This document shows positions 63,041-64,000 of a stretch of 64,000 nt of DNA, one piece after another; the stretch's first letter is position 1, and every line of letters starts with the position of its first letter. The notes beneath the pieces are model-generated. The model was not told where the DNA came from and did not search any database. It was given only the letters and a program-made list of their open reading frames with translations. Made by a program: the position numbers and the translations under genes. This stretch comes from Eledone cirrhosa. Lineage: Eukaryota. Location of the stretch: NCBI GenBank assembly GCA_964016885.1, contig OZ024752.1, forward strand, positions 30,628,001-30,692,000. The letters run 5' to 3'.

Positions 63041-64000
63041 CCTTGAGCAACGAGAAATAAAGTGTCTTGCTCAAGTACATAACACATTACCCAGTCTGAG
63101 AAATCAAACTTACAACCTCAAGATTGTGAATCTAATTCTATAACCACTAAGCCATGTATCTTTAATTCACATTACATGGGAGGAAATATTGTTAAGTGAT
63201 GGAGGAATAGTAGTATATTGGCTACTAATATTTTAGTGACTAGTGTTACCTGGCATATGATGGACAACATTGGGAATATATTTTTGCTACAGGTAATGTT
63301 ACATTAACACAATCATTATTTTATCTTTTATCTTTTATTTTTCATATTTCATCATGCTTATATAAAATAATGAAGCAAAACACAAATTTTCAAATTAAAA
63401 AATATTTATTAAATAAAATAAAATGACATTTGTATACTTACAATGAATACATTATCAACACACAATTCTGATCTGACATGTCTCACCCATGCTAGTGTGA
63501 AAAAATGAACATTAAACGAGGATGATGAAACTTGCAATAATTGTTTCTACGTTAGGCACAAGGCCAGCAATTACCCAGTGCATTACTGGTACTTTATTTT
63601 ATCGACCCCCGTAAGGATGAAAGGCAAAGTCAACCTCGGCGGGATTTGAAACTTGCAATGTTATTAATACACACACATTTCAAACGTTAAGCATCGAAGG
63701 ACTGAAGTCTGATCTCTCTCTTATATATATATGTCTTGCTCAAGGATGTGTTGTTTCCTTGAGCAAGACACTTTATTTCACATTGCTCCAGTTTACTCAG
63801 CTGTAGAAATGAGATGATAGGGACTGGGGTCCATATCATTCCACTGCAAAAAAGCACCCGTAGAAATCAAGCCAGAATCAGATCCCGTCACACCCTTGCA
63901 AGCAGGGAAAAAGCGGACGTAAAATGAAATGATATACTAGCAACAGTACCCAGCGTTGCCTGGGTAGGTAAAATAAAATCTGCTTTGATGAAAAGGTGTT

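Overview
AT-rich, microsatellite-dense animal genomic DNA. The repeat content (very long (TA)n tracts, tRNA-headed SINEs, RTE-type LINEs with (CAT)n tails) suggests an octopus/cephalopod; this is inference. I reconstructed three spliced protein-coding genes by hand with consistent splice phases: (1) a TP53INP1/2 (DOR) family autophagy adaptor on + (2 coding exons, 15622-19627, ~332 aa); (2) a PCTP/STARD2-like START-domain lipid transfer protein on - (6 exons, 48729-30124, 216 aa), whose third intron has clear U12-type (minor spliceosome) signals; (3) RBM41 on + (2 coding exons, 50543-53345, ~422 aa), head-to-head with PCTP. RBM41 is itself a minor-spliceosome RRM protein. The rest is transposon debris (RTE and Tx1/L1 LINE fragments, several SINE families, piggyBac-, mariner- and hAT-like MITEs), minisatellites and microsatellites. 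The most striking non-genic signal is at least 7 largely unrelated fold-back (palindromic) elements, mostly next to (TA)n. Their arms carry full or partial minimal type-I hammerhead-ribozyme motifs of the Penelope-like-element kind, pointing outward from the hairpin centre, and several share a terminal TGAGTRCTCT-like motif. Nearly all long ORFs in the supplied track (IYIYIY..., VVVV...) are microsatellite artefacts. Repeat boundaries are approximate.
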